A program made the translations under genes and the position numbers. A DNA stretch of 64,000 nt from an uncultured Solibacteraceae bacterium (lineage in GTDB: Bacteria > Acidobacteriota > Terriglobia > 20CM-2-55-15): contig CAZWGA010000001.1 in NCBI GenBank assembly GCA_964633285.1, positions 126,038-190,037 of the forward strand, written 5' to 3'. This document shows positions 45,733 to 55,503 of this stretch, piece by piece (the stretch's first letter is position 1; the number at the start of each line of letters is the position of its first letter). The notes beneath the pieces are model-generated. The model was not told the origin of the DNA. It saw nothing but the letters and a program-made list of their open reading frames with translations, and searched no databases.

Positions 45733-46701
45733 ATGATTGGCAAAAGCGAATTGATGCAGAAGCTCAGAGAAAGAATAAGAATGGCGGCTCGTGTTTCCGG
45801 TTCTGTTCTCGTCACCGGTGAATCGGGGACAGGAAAGGAGCTTGTGGCCAGGGCAATCCATATGCACAGCGAGCGGGGCAATGGAAAGTTTGTCGCCGTC
45901 GATTGCGGCGCACTTCCCGATGATCTGATCGAGAGCGAGCTCTTCGGACATCGCCGCGGGGCTTTTACGACGGCATTGACCGACAAGCCGGGCCTGTTTG
46001 AAGAAGCGAACGGTGGCACGTTATTCCTCGATGAAATTGGGAACACTTCAAAACGTTTTCAAGCCAAGCTGCTTCGCGTTTTGCAAGACCGCCAGCTCCG
46101 GCGTCTGGGAGACGTGATTCTTCGACAGCTCGATTTACGTGTAGTCGCGGCAACCAACTGTGATGTTGCCGGTCTCGTGCGTCGAGGTGACTTTCGCGAA
46201 GATCTTTACTATCGGCTGAATGTGTTCGCGATTCAGGTGCCGCCGCTGCGCCGCCGACTGGAAGACGTGCCCCTGCTCGTGCATCACATCCTTCAAGGCA
46301 GAAAAGGAATTCACGAAGACGCTGTCGCGAAACTCATGTCCTACAGTTTTCCGGGGAACATCCGGGAGTTGGAAAACATCGTGGAGGCGGCGATCTGCAC
46401 TTCGGCTAGTGATCTGATCCAAAACGAAGATGTCGTCCTGCCTCATGAAAATGCCCGGCGATGGCCGGTCGAAGATGTGATTGTAGGAAACTTCTGGGAT
46501 TCGGTAGCAAGGCCATATGCGCAGCGCTTGATCACGAGAAACCAGATGGAACATGTGATTCGGCAGGGTCTCGAGCGAACGAACGGCAGCTACAGAGGAC
46601 TCTTGCCCTTGTTCCATATTCCAGATTCGGATTACAAGAGGTTTATGGACTTCCTGCGGCGGCATCATTGCAAGGTCGATTTCCGGGAATATCGAAAGTG
46701 A
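45733..46701 (+). CDS. sigma-54-dependent transcriptional activator, AAA+ domain only (no receiver/sensory N-domain), GAFTTA variant
   Basis: Walker A VLVTGESGTGKELVARAIH, ESELFGHRRGAFTTA (a GAFTGA-loop variant), Walker B GGTLFLDEIG and the arginine finger region YRLNVFAIQVPPLRRR. The gene starts directly with the AAA+ core. Confidence 0.8.
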   Translation: MIGKSELMQKLRERIRMAARVSGSVLVTGESGTGKELVARAIHMHSERGNGKFVAVDCGALPDDLIESELFGHRRGAFTTALTDKPGLFEEANGGTLFLDEIGNTSKRFQAKLLRVLQDRQLRRLGDVILRQLDLRVVAATNCDVAGLVRRGDFREDLYYRLNVFAIQVPPLRRRLEDVPLLVHHILQGRKGIHEDAVAKLMSYSFPGNIRELENIVEAAICTSASDLIQNEDVVLPHENARRWPVEDVIVGNFWDSVARPYAQRLITRNQMEHVIRQGLERTNGSYRGLLPLFHIPDSDYKRFMDFLRRHHCKVDFREYRK

Positions 46702-46706
46702 GAGCT

Positions 46707-47003
46707 TCACTGTCCGCCGAGATCCTGAAACAGTTTGACGACGAAATCGCCCATCAACAGATGCTGTGTCCGGGCAACGAACTCGCGATAAGCACGGCTG
46801 CAGTGATAGTCGAGACATTCGTCTCGTGTCCTCCACAGTGTGAGTGAGACGGCCATTCGGCCGTCTTCCTCGACCATCAGGCGAGCCGACTCCAATCCTG
46901 GTTCTCGTCTCAGTTTGGGCAGGACCTCGTGAATATAGATGCGTGCAAATTCCTGCACTTGATCTCTGCTGACGGCTTCACCGATGACCATACGCGCGTA
47001 CAT
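46707..47003 (-). CDS. ABM-domain (antibiotic biosynthesis monooxygenase/Dabb-like) small protein
   Basis: 98 aa. The pattern of a ferredoxin-like fold protein (RLMVEEDGRMAVSLTLWRTRDECLDYHCSRAY) resembles ABM family members. Confidence 0.4.
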   Translation of the reverse strand: MYARMVIGEAVSRDQVQEFARIYIHEVLPKLRREPGLESARLMVEEDGRMAVSLTLWRTRDECLDYHCSRAYREFVARTQHLLMGDFVVKLFQDLGGQ

Positions 47004-47008
47004 GTGTA

Positions 47009-47314
47009 TTACTTCTTTGCGCGTTTCGCGATGATCGATTCCTTGACCTTTTCATACTGCTCTTTCGTGAGCAGTTGATGTGTTACCAGATCGTGCTTGT
47101 TCCGCCACGGACGGCCTTCGACGATCTTTTTCGCGGCGGCCTTTTCAATCCCCACCGCTGCGATATCCGCCTCTGTTGCCGTATTGATATCGACAACCTT
47201 CGGCACATTGATCGGCCGAATTGGTGTTCTCGGCATCTCTTTCACTTGAGCGCTGACCGCCACCGTCCATACGAGAGCAAGCACAACAATCCCGACAAAG
47301 TTTCGACGTAACAT
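47009..47314 (-). CDS. ComEA-like helix-hairpin-helix DNA-binding exported protein
   Basis: Start at the ATG at 47312-47314, preceded by an AGGAG SD. Signal/TM segment, then VVDINTATEADIAAVGIEKAAAKKIVEGRP (HhH motif as in the ComEA C-domain). The upstream part of the track ORF lacks an RBS and any conservation. Confidence 0.5.
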   Translation of the reverse strand: MLRRNFVGIVVLALVWTVAVSAQVKEMPRTPIRPINVPKVVDINTATEADIAAVGIEKAAAKKIVEGRPWRNKHDLVTHQLLTKEQYEKVKESIIAKRAKK

Positions 47315-47583
47315 GTTTTCTCCTTTCGAATTGAAAAAATCCACCGGCGGCCAACGCCTTGCGGCCCTTTGCCCATTACCCGAATACGCAAGCGCGCCCC
47401 CAGGCCGCCGGTCGATCGTGGTCGAAAACACGCGGTGAGGATCGGAAGGAACCGGCCCTACCTGCCCACTTCCGAAATTCAGCGCACCGCGCGGCCATGA
47501 CATCGGCCGTCATGACTAAGGCATGTCGATGTCCATCGATAAGTTGTTGAGGGAGCAGAGAGGCAGTTAAAAAGGTCGCGCTT

Positions 47584-48651
47584 TTAGCGGTCGCGAAAGT
47601 CGCGGATTACTCGCACAATTCGTTCGGCAGCGTGTCCATCCCAGTATTCCGGAGGGCCCGAAGGCTTCCAATCTCGATTGATGATTCTCTGAAAGGCATC
47701 AAGGATCCTTTCGGGATCGGTTCCGACCACGGTGTTCGTTCCATGATTGATGGTGACGGGTCTTTCCGTGTTGTGGCGGAGAGTGAGGCACGGAACGCCA
47801 AGAATCGTCGTTTCCTCCTGAAGTCCACCCGAATCGGTAAGGACGACGGTCGCTGTCGATTCCAGATTCAGAAACTCCAGATATCCGAGCGGGTCCATGG
47901 TCCGAATGCCCTGCGTCGAAAAACCAAACTCGTGAACCCGCTTCGCTGTTCGCGGGTGAATCGGAAAGAGTACTGGAACTCTTCTGGAGATTTCGGACAG
48001 GGCTTTCAGAATGGATTCCAGTACTGCCGGATCATCGACATTCGATGGACGGTGTAACGTAACCAGCGCATACTGCGCCGGTTTGTCGATTTCCAATGCG
48101 GCTGCTTTTTCACGATGTCTCAAAAGCGTGTCGATCATGACGTTCCCGACAAAATGGATTTTTGATGCGGCAACGCCTTCATGTTTGAGGTTTTCATCAG
48201 CGTCCCGGCTGGTGGTGAAAAGCAGTTCCGCCAAAGCGTCCGTGACGACGCGATTGATTTCTTCAGGCATGCTGCGATCGAAACTCCGCAATCCCGCCTC
48301 AACGTGGGCTGCCGGAATCCGCAGCTTTGCCGCGACGATCGTGCATGCCATGGTGGAATTCACATCCCCGACCACAACCACAAGATCCGGGCGTTGGTGG
48401 CTGCAGACCCTCTCGAACTCGACCATGATGCGGGCTGTTTGTTCAGCGTGAGAACCGGAGCCGACGCCGAGATGCACATCAGGAACTGGAATGTCCAGAT
48501 CGCGAAAGAAAACATCCGACATACCTTCGTCGTAATGCTGCCCCGTATGGACGAGCACACAGCTTAACCCGGGTGCTTTCTTCATTTCTTCCACGATTGG
48601 CGCGATCTTCATGAAGTTGGGCCGGGCACCCACGACGTTGAGGATTTTCAT
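47584..48651 (-). CDS. wecB: UDP-N-acetylglucosamine 2-epimerase (non-hydrolysing)
   Basis: MKILNVVGARPNFMKIAPIVEEMKK...HTGQHYD...DVHLGVGSGSH is the canonical WecB/MnaA N-terminus, and the C-terminal HPRT region is present. Confidence 0.9.
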   Translation of the reverse strand: MKILNVVGARPNFMKIAPIVEEMKKAPGLSCVLVHTGQHYDEGMSDVFFRDLDIPVPDVHLGVGSGSHAEQTARIMVEFERVCSHQRPDLVVVVGDVNSTMACTIVAAKLRIPAAHVEAGLRSFDRSMPEEINRVVTDALAELLFTTSRDADENLKHEGVAASKIHFVGNVMIDTLLRHREKAAALEIDKPAQYALVTLHRPSNVDDPAVLESILKALSEISRRVPVLFPIHPRTAKRVHEFGFSTQGIRTMDPLGYLEFLNLESTATVVLTDSGGLQEETTILGVPCLTLRHNTERPVTINHGTNTVVGTDPERILDAFQRIINRDWKPSGPPEYWDGHAAERIVRVIRDFRDR

Positions 48652-48704
48652 GTTAATATTCAGTAGCATATTCTATTCCGTACGGAACGTACCTGGAGAT
48701 CAGC

Positions 48705-49136
48705 ATGTTGCGAATGGCTCTTGGAATTATTCTTTTGTTCGGTCAATTGAGCGGTCCGGGAGGCAGCCTGCCTCAAATTCTCCATCCGGATTTCAAGGCC
48801 GCGGCGCCGATAAAAGCCGGCAAGCGCGGCGAAGTCACGGTGTCGTTCAGCGCACTGAAGGGGTTTGCAATTGATCGAACGCTGCCGCTGACACTCAAGC
48901 TGACGGCTGTGCCGGGTGTGACGCTGGCAAAAACGGATCTGGCGGCGCCGTCCGCCGATCCCAAAGCAAAAGATCAATATTACGTCGACCTGCCCACCAT
49001 CAAAGTTCCTGTGACCGTCGAGAAGGCCGGAAAATACGAAATTCCCGGCAAGCTCACATATTTCTTCTGCTCGAAGGCGGATGGTTTTTGCTCAAGACAG
49101 GTTCTCGACGTTAAGATGCCGGTTACGGTCGAATAG
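48705..49136 (+). CDS. secreted DsbD-alpha-like (thiol:disulfide interchange N-terminal domain-like) protein
   Basis: Signal peptide. The C-terminal YFFCSKADGFCSRQ resembles the DsbD alpha-domain active-site cap (Y/F-x-G-C-x-x-x-G-F-C). Confidence 0.4.
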   Translation: MLRMALGIILLFGQLSGPGGSLPQILHPDFKAAAPIKAGKRGEVTVSFSALKGFAIDRTLPLTLKLTAVPGVTLAKTDLAAPSADPKAKDQYYVDLPTIKVPVTVEKAGKYEIPGKLTYFFCSKADGFCSRQVLDVKMPVTVE

Positions 49137-49163
49137 GGGTTTCAGGCCGTTCCTTAAGAAACA

Positions 49164-49748
49164 ATGTCTACTCGAGTCGAAGGATATACGTCTGCCGTAC
49201 TGACCACGGCAAATCAATTGACGATCCTGCGGATTGTCTTTGTGCCCGTGTTCATCATTCTTCTGGTCTATAACGAGATCGGATGGGCCCTGGGTACCTT
49301 CATCGCTGCAGGCATCACCGATGTGCTGGACGGCATCATTGCCCGCCGCTTCCGCCAGAGAACGTCGATCGGTGCTGTCCTCGATCCGCTGGCAGACAAA
49401 CTCTTGATGACGGCATCCATTCTGATCCTCTCGCTTCCGCAAATGGAATTTCATGTGACGATTCCGCGGTGGCTGATGATCATCATCATCTGCCGCGACG
49501 TTTTCATTCTTCTCGTTTCGCTGATTGTTGTCCTGATGGTCGGCTGGCGAGTGTTTACTCCTTCCCTTTATGGAAAGGCCAGCACGGTTATGCAGGTCCT
49601 GACGGTGCTTGCCGTCCTGTACGTGAATTGGAAACACGTATCCTTTCCCGAGTTGAGTATTCTCTTTTACATGACCGGCCTCATGACGGCAGTTTCCGGC
49701 TTACACTACCTCGCTCGAAGTCTTCGTCAGTGGCACGTCAATGAGTAG
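49164..49748 (+). CDS. pgsA: CDP-diacylglycerol--glycerol-3-phosphate 3-phosphatidyltransferase (CDP-alcohol phosphatidyltransferase)
   Basis: ANQLTILRIVFVPVFIILL ... GITDVLDGIIARR...GAVLDPLADKLL matches the D-G-x2-A-R...G-x3-D-x3-D CDP-OH_P_transf motif. Confidence 0.85.
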   Translation: MSTRVEGYTSAVLTTANQLTILRIVFVPVFIILLVYNEIGWALGTFIAAGITDVLDGIIARRFRQRTSIGAVLDPLADKLLMTASILILSLPQMEFHVTIPRWLMIIIICRDVFILLVSLIVVLMVGWRVFTPSLYGKASTVMQVLTVLAVLYVNWKHVSFPELSILFYMTGLMTAVSGLHYLARSLRQWHVNE

Positions 49749-51114
49749 CAGCAAGAAGCAATTCTCGTCATCCGCGTATGTTCACCATGCCGTTCATGAA
49801 TACCGCGATGCGCCCGCGCACCGCAGCGGAGAAACGCAAGTCCTCCGGGTGTTGTCGGTGGAGCCTGGATCACTCGGGGAGCGGATCGGCCTGAAAGCCG
49901 GCGATGAAATTCATGAGCTGAACGGGGAACGGCTGCTCGACGTCATCGATTTCCAGTTCAACGCCGATACCGGACGGCGCACGACCATTCGAACCCAGGA
50001 TCGAACCCTCACCTTCGTTCGCCGTGAGTGGGAGACATTCGGAATAGAGTTCGAACCCATCGAACCGCTGACATGCAAGAACCAGTGCGTATTCTGCTTT
50101 GTGCACCAGAATCCAAAGCACGTTCGACGCTCTCTTCACATCAAGGACGAGGATTACCGGCTTTCATTCCTGTTCGGAAATTATCTGACGCTGACGAACG
50201 TGAACGAAACCGAAATGCAACGTATCATCGATCAGCGGCTCTCGCCCCTCTATGTTTCCGTTCATGCCACCGAACCCGAACTGCGCCGAACGCTGCTTGG
50301 CATCGATGAATATGATGGTTTCCTTGCCAAGATCGAGCGGTTGACTCAAGCAGGAATCCAGTTGCACGGTCAGGCTGTTTTGTGCCCTGGCTTGAACGAT
50401 GGCGATCACCTCGAACGTACAATCGATGATTTGCTGAGGTTTCATCCGATGGTTGCTTCGCTCGCAATTGTGCCCGTGGGGTTGACGGACCATCGAAGCA
50501 ATCTTCCAAAACTCCAATCCTTCACACCCGATTATGCACGGCACACTATCGCCCACGTGACTGCCATTCAGAGAAAGCTTAAGCGGCGGATCGGAACGCC
50601 GTTCGCGTTTCTGGGAGATGAAATCTACATTATGGCGGGAGCCCCGATTCCCTCTTCCAGACACTATTCCGATTTTCCACAGATCGAAAACGGAGTCGGC
50701 ATGGTTCGGACGTTCCTGGCCCAGTTTGAAGCAGCGTGTCGAAAGCGGGTCCTCACCGGGTGTGCCGGCAGAAGGAGAGGCACGATCTGTACCGGCAAAC
50801 TCTTCTACCCGTATTTGAAGGATTGCGTCGACAGGCTCGGGATGGATTTGAAGACCATTGCTGTGGAGAGCCGCTTTTGGGGATCCGGTATTGGTGTTGC
50901 CGGCCTTCTCACGGGCAGCGACTTCATAGCTGCCCTCAAAGGTAGTGTCTACGGAGATTTCGCTGTGCTGCCGTCGGAGTCCATGGTAGGAGACGAGTAT
51001 CTTTTCCTGGACGACCTCACGTTAAAGGACGTCGAGCGCGAACTAGGCGTCGAGGTTGTGCCTTCCGGTTACGACGCCCGTGATTTCGTGAAGTTTCTAA
51101 CAACGAAAAACTAA
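49741..51114 (+). CDS. PDZ domain plus DUF512 (radical-SAM-like Fe-S) protein
   Basis: N-terminal PDZ-like [28 protein letters not shown], followed by CKNQCVFCF (a C-x3-C-x2-C-like cluster) and the conserved DUF512 core. Confidence 0.5.
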   Translation: MSSSKKQFSSSAYVHHAVHEYRDAPAHRSGETQVLRVLSVEPGSLGERIGLKAGDEIHELNGERLLDVIDFQFNADTGRRTTIRTQDRTLTFVRREWETFGIEFEPIEPLTCKNQCVFCFVHQNPKHVRRSLHIKDEDYRLSFLFGNYLTLTNVNETEMQRIIDQRLSPLYVSVHATEPELRRTLLGIDEYDGFLAKIERLTQAGIQLHGQAVLCPGLNDGDHLERTIDDLLRFHPMVASLAIVPVGLTDHRSNLPKLQSFTPDYARHTIAHVTAIQRKLKRRIGTPFAFLGDEIYIMAGAPIPSSRHYSDFPQIENGVGMVRTFLAQFEAACRKRVLTGCAGRRRGTICTGKLFYPYLKDCVDRLGMDLKTIAVESRFWGSGIGVAGLLTGSDFIAALKGSVYGDFAVLPSESMVGDEYLFLDDLTLKDVERELGVEVVPSGYDARDFVKFLTTKN

Positions 51115-51596
51115 GTTCCTGCCACTTTCTCAATCGTCACCTTTTTCATCACCACGTCGACCACAGGCCGGTCTCCGGGTTTGCTTGTTTTCGTTTTTCC
51201 GATATTCCTGACGACGTCCATTCCCTCGCTGACTTTTCCGAATACCGTATGACGGCCATCCAGATGCGGTGTAGGAACCAGCGTGATGAAAAACTGGCTG
51301 CCGTTGGTGTTCGGGCCCGCATTTGCCATCGACAGAATGCCTTCCGACGTGTGTTTCAACTGCGGATGGATTTCATCCGCAAATTGATACCCGGGACCGC
51401 CTCGTCCAGTACCGGTAGGATCGCCGCCCTGAATCATGAATCCATCGATGACGCGGTGAAAGATCACGCCATCGTAGAAATTCTTTTCAGCCAGTTTGAC
51501 GAAATTTGCAACTGTGTCAGGTGTTTGTCGTACGAAGAGTTCGATGGTGAAGTTTCCCATCGACGTTTCAAAATGAGCATAGGTGCCTGGTTTCAT
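51111..51596 (-). CDS. ppiB: peptidyl-prolyl cis-trans isomerase, cyclophilin type (cytoplasmic)
   Basis: [14 protein letters not shown]...[15 protein letters not shown]...[17 protein letters not shown] are cyclophilin signatures. Confidence 0.9.
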   Translation of the reverse strand: MKPGTYAHFETSMGNFTIELFVRQTPDTVANFVKLAEKNFYDGVIFHRVIDGFMIQGGDPTGTGRGGPGYQFADEIHPQLKHTSEGILSMANAGPNTNGSQFFITLVPTPHLDGRHTVFGKVSEGMDVVRNIGKTKTSKPGDRPVVDVVMKKVTIEKVAGT

Positions 51597-52231
51597 TTTT
51601 CAATTGTCGCTTTCTTGATGTAATCGAGTCTTGGAAAATTCTTCGTGAGATATGCATTGCCTTCGGCCGTGATTCGATCCTGGGCGGGGCCGCGGCCCTT
51701 CGGTGGTCCGTCGCCGTACCCGCCGTAGATTTTATCGACCACATCCATTCCTGAAACAATTTTTCCAAATGGAGCAAAGCCCTGCCGGTTCAAGCCGGAA
51801 TTGTCTTTGAAGTTGATGAAGACCTGGGTCGTTCTTGTATCCGGCGCGGCGGCCATGGCGAAGGTCATCATGCCCCGGTTGTTTCCCTGAGTTACGCGAT
51901 CCGCTGGAATCCTTGCGGCCGCCCAAACGCGGTTCACCGAGGGATCGCCGTGCATTCCGAACTGAACCATGAAGTTCGAAACGACACGGTAGAAGCGGCA
52001 ATTGTCGTAGAAACCATTCTTCACCAGATTGTAGAAGCGATCGGCGCCGTTGGGCGCCCAGTCGGTGTGAACCTCGACTTCAAAAACTCCGGCGCTTGTA
52101 TCGAATTTAACCCTGTAGACTGCAGGTGCCCGTTCCTTCAAAGAGGACGGATTCTTCAGGGCGGCGTTCTGTCCGAAAGCCGTACTTGAAAGAAGCAGGA
52201 AGACAATCAGCAGTCGCTTCGTCGAAGTCAT
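51593..52231 (-). CDS. ppiA: peptidyl-prolyl cis-trans isomerase, cyclophilin type (exported)
   Basis: Signal peptide plus cyclophilin motifs ([27 protein letters not shown]). Confidence 0.85.
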   Translation of the reverse strand: MTSTKRLLIVFLLLSSTAFGQNAALKNPSSLKERAPAVYRVKFDTSAGVFEVEVHTDWAPNGADRFYNLVKNGFYDNCRFYRVVSNFMVQFGMHGDPSVNRVWAAARIPADRVTQGNNRGMMTFAMAAAPDTRTTQVFINFKDNSGLNRQGFAPFGKIVSGMDVVDKIYGGYGDGPPKGRGPAQDRITAEGNAYLTKNFPRLDYIKKATIEK

Positions 52232-52259
52232 AACCGGAAAGTCTAATATAATTTTTCAA

Positions 52260-53408
52260 ATGGATGACATCGTCATTGTTTCCGGAAAGCGCACTCCGAT
52301 GGGAGAGTACGGTGGCGCACTGCGTGATATCAGCGCGCTGGATCTCGGCGCTATTGCTGCGAAGGCGGCAATTGAGCAATCCCGGTTTGACGTGGGTGAA
52401 TTCAATCACTGCGTTTTCGGAAATGCCCTTCAAACCAGCGGTGATGCTCTTTACGGTTCGCGTCATGTCGCGCTGAAGGCCGGGTTGCCGGTAGAGGTTC
52501 CGGCGTTGACTGTGAATCGTTTGTGCGGGTCAGGAATTCAATCGATTATTTCCGCGGCTCAACTGATTCAGCTTGGGGAAGCGCAGGTCGTTCTTGCCGG
52601 CGGCATGGAATCGATGAGTCAGGCTCCACATGTGATTCGAGGCGCGCGGTGGGGATTGCGTCTCGGACAGGGCCAGCTTGAAGACTCGTTGATGGTGGCA
52701 TTGCTGGATACCTATTGCGGATGCAATATGGCGGCAACCGCCGAGAACCTTGCACGCAAATATGGTGTCACGCGCGAAGCGCAGGACGAGTATGCGCTTC
52801 GAAGCCAGAAACTCGCCGCGGCTGCCTGGAACGAAGGCCGGTTTCGTGATGAGATATGTCCTGCGGGAAAGCTCGATCATGACGATCACCTGCGGCCGGA
52901 CACAACGATTGAAGGTCTCGCCAAGTTGAAGCCGGCATTTTCGAACGGCGGATTTGTCACTGCTGGAAACGCAAGCGGGATTGTTGATGGCGGTGCCGCC
53001 GTCGTCGTGTCAACGGCGTCGCGGGCAAAGGTACAACCGATCGGGCGTATCCTGAGTTGGGGAATCGCGGGCGTCCAGCCCGAGATTATGGGAATCGGAC
53101 CCGTTCCGGCTATGCGGATTGCGCTTGAGCGCGCCGGGCTGACCTTATCGAATATCGATCTCGTTGAAGTCAACGAGGCATTCGCTGCTCAATACCTCGC
53201 GGTGGAGAAAGCGCTCGAACTCGACCGGAAGAAGGTTAATGTGAACGGTGGCGCCATCGCGCTGGGACATCCGCTGGCCGCCACAGGAACACGATTGGTG
53301 ATCACACTGCTGCATGAATTGAAACGCAGCAAAAAACGGCTCGGGCTGGCGTCCGCGTGCATCGGGGGAGGCCAGGGAATAGCGATGATCGTGGAGGCGC
53401 TGGGATGA
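52260..53408 (+). CDS. acetyl-CoA C-acetyltransferase (thiolase II)
   Basis: IVIVSGKRTPMGEYGG, active-site NRLCGSG Cys region and C-terminal CIGGGQGIAMI. Confidence 0.9.
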   Translation: MDDIVIVSGKRTPMGEYGGALRDISALDLGAIAAKAAIEQSRFDVGEFNHCVFGNALQTSGDALYGSRHVALKAGLPVEVPALTVNRLCGSGIQSIISAAQLIQLGEAQVVLAGGMESMSQAPHVIRGARWGLRLGQGQLEDSLMVALLDTYCGCNMAATAENLARKYGVTREAQDEYALRSQKLAAAAWNEGRFRDEICPAGKLDHDDHLRPDTTIEGLAKLKPAFSNGGFVTAGNASGIVDGGAAVVVSTASRAKVQPIGRILSWGIAGVQPEIMGIGPVPAMRIALERAGLTLSNIDLVEVNEAFAAQYLAVEKALELDRKKVNVNGGAIALGHPLAATGTRLVITLLHELKRSKKRLGLASACIGGGQGIAMIVEALG

Positions 53409-54283
53409 GTATTCAGAAGGTCGGAGTGTTGGGTTGCGGATTGATGGGCGCAGGCATCGCGCAGGTGTCGGCGGCGGCAGGGTATCCGACGGTGGTGAAG
53501 GAAGTCGCGGATGAGTACCTGAAAAAAGGTTTTGCCTCCATCGAGAAATCGCTGGCGAGATTCGTCGAGAAGGGTACATTGACAGCGGGAAAACTCAGCG
53601 AAACGCTCGGCAGACTGAAGGGCACAACCCGATTCGAGGACCTTGCGGATTGCGATATCGTCATCGAAGCCATTACGGAAAATCTGTCCGTCAAGACCGA
53701 GACATATTCAACGATCGACAAAATCGTCAAGCCCAATGCCATTTTCGCGAGCAACACTTCGTCGCTTGTGATCACTGAAATGATGGTAGCGACCAAACGC
53801 GTCGACCGTTTTATCGGAATGCACTTTTTCAATCCGGTGCCTCTCATGAAGCTGGTTGAAGTGGTGAGCACCATTACCACAGCCGCCACCATCATGGATG
53901 AGGCAATGAAGTTTGCGGCAAGCCTGGGCAAGGTTCCCATTCGCACGCCGGACCGCACGGGATTTATTGTCAATCGATTGCTGGTTCCGTATCTTCTGGA
54001 TGCTATTCGCGCTCTGGAAGAGGGTGTCGGCAGCGTCGAGGATATCGACAAGGGCATGAAACTCGGCTGCGGATATCCAATGGGGCCGTTCACCCTTCTG
54101 GATTTCGTGGGCCTTGAAACAACGTATTACATCGCCAACATCATGTTCGATGAGTTTCGTGAAAAGCGTTTTGCGCCGCCTCCTCTCTTGAAACGGCTCG
54201 TGCTCGCCGGCCATCACGGAAAGAAGACGGGGCGCGGGTTCTACGATCATTCGGATCCGGCGAATCCAAGGCCGCTTTTTTGA
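53405..54283 (+). CDS. hbd: 3-hydroxybutyryl-CoA (3-hydroxyacyl-CoA) dehydrogenase
   Basis: KVGVLGCGLMGAGIAQV Rossmann motif. ATG at 53405 overlaps the thiolase stop (ATGA). Confidence 0.85.
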   Translation: MSIQKVGVLGCGLMGAGIAQVSAAAGYPTVVKEVADEYLKKGFASIEKSLARFVEKGTLTAGKLSETLGRLKGTTRFEDLADCDIVIEAITENLSVKTETYSTIDKIVKPNAIFASNTSSLVITEMMVATKRVDRFIGMHFFNPVPLMKLVEVVSTITTAATIMDEAMKFAASLGKVPIRTPDRTGFIVNRLLVPYLLDAIRALEEGVGSVEDIDKGMKLGCGYPMGPFTLLDFVGLETTYYIANIMFDEFREKRFAPPPLLKRLVLAGHHGKKTGRGFYDHSDPANPRPLF

Positions 54284-54287
54284 TTTT

Positions 54288-55061
54288 ATGAACGTCCTTT
54301 ACGAAAAGAAGGCAGGCATCGCTTATATAACCATCAATCGGCCGTCCGTGAGGAACGCGCTGAATTCCGAAACGATCATGGAACTGAAGGCAGTAATCGA
54401 GACCGTCAGGAATGATGATGAAATTCGAGTTGCCATACTCTCCGGAGCCGGCGATAAAGCTTTCGTTGCCGGGGCCGATATCAACGAGATTGCGAAACTT
54501 ACTCCTGTTGAGGGCACCGAATATGCGCTGCGCGGCCAGGCCGTATTTGATTCCATCGAACATCTGGGTAAGCCTGTGATCGCTGCTGTGAACGGCTACG
54601 CGCTGGGAGGCGGTTGCGAGCTCGCGATGGCGTGCACATTTCGCATTGCGTCTGAAAACGCTTTCTTCGGTCAGCCCGAGGTCAAACTCGGGATTATTCC
54701 CGGTTACGGCGGCAGCCAGCGCCTGCCGCGACTTGTGGGCAAAGGCGCCGCGATGCAGATTCTGCTTACGGGTGAAATGCTGCCTGCTGCAGACGCTCTC
54801 CGGTTGGGGCTTGTGAATCAGATGGTGCCGGCGGCTGAACTCATTTCCACGGCGGAAGCTGTCGCAAAGAAGATTATGGGCAATGCTCCACAGGCGGTAA
54901 AATTTTGCCTCGATGCGGTCAATCGTGGAATCGAGATGGCGCAGGATGAAGGCCGGCACGTTGAAGCTACTTTGTTCGGCTTGTGTTGCACGACCGAGGA
55001 CATGAAAGAGGGAACGAGAGCTTTCCTGGAAAAACGCACTCCCAGTTTTAAAGGCAAGTAA
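54288..55061 (+). CDS. enoyl-CoA hydratase (crotonase family)
   Basis: IAYITINRPSVRNALN ... AAVNGYALGGGCELAMAC crotonase fold signature. Confidence 0.85.
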   Translation: MNVLYEKKAGIAYITINRPSVRNALNSETIMELKAVIETVRNDDEIRVAILSGAGDKAFVAGADINEIAKLTPVEGTEYALRGQAVFDSIEHLGKPVIAAVNGYALGGGCELAMACTFRIASENAFFGQPEVKLGIIPGYGGSQRLPRLVGKGAAMQILLTGEMLPAADALRLGLVNQMVPAAELISTAEAVAKKIMGNAPQAVKFCLDAVNRGIEMAQDEGRHVEATLFGLCCTTEDMKEGTRAFLEKRTPSFKGK

Positions 55062-55079
55062 CAGCCCGGCGTTAAAGAA

Positions 55080-55493
55080 ATGGCTTATCGATTTGCCATC
55101 ATTGCCAGCGAATACAACTCTGTCATCATGGATCGCCTCATCAACGGCGCGAAACGGGCGTTGGAGGAACACGAGTGCAGCCTCGTTCGCGTTCCCGGAT
55201 CTTTCGAACTTCCGCTGGCCGCCAAACGCGCGGCCATTTCGAGGAAGTACGATGGAATTGTTGCTCTCGGCTGCGTGCTTCGTGGCGAAACGCCACACTT
55301 TGAATATATCAGCAGCGCGGTGAGTCATGGCTTGCAGCAGGTCGCACTCGAGACCGGCATTCCCGTGGGCTTCGGGCTACTGACCGTCGATACCGTCGAA
55401 CAGGCAATGGAGCGGTCAGGCGAATCGGGAAACAAGGGCTTCGAATCGGCAGCAGCCGCAATTGAGATGGTCAATGTGCTACGAAGGATATGA
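55080..55493 (+). CDS. ribH: 6,7-dimethyl-8-ribityllumazine synthase
   Basis: 137 aa. RFAIIASEYNSVIMDRL...VPGSFELP...GCVLRGETPHFEY matches lumazine synthase. It is followed by nusB, as in the conserved ribH-nusB arrangement. Confidence 0.85.
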   Translation: MAYRFAIIASEYNSVIMDRLINGAKRALEEHECSLVRVPGSFELPLAAKRAAISRKYDGIVALGCVLRGETPHFEYISSAVSHGLQQVALETGIPVGFGLLTVDTVEQAMERSGESGNKGFESAAAAIEMVNVLRRI

Positions 55494-55503
55494 ATCTTAG
55501 AAA

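Noticed and set aside
47315..47503. N-terminal 63 codons of the 164-aa track ORF preceding the ComEA-like protein.
   Set aside because: An internal ATG at 47312-47314 has a strong AGGAG RBS and begins a typical signal/TM segment. The upstream extension is Gly/Pro/Arg-rich with no RBS, so the shorter gene was reported.
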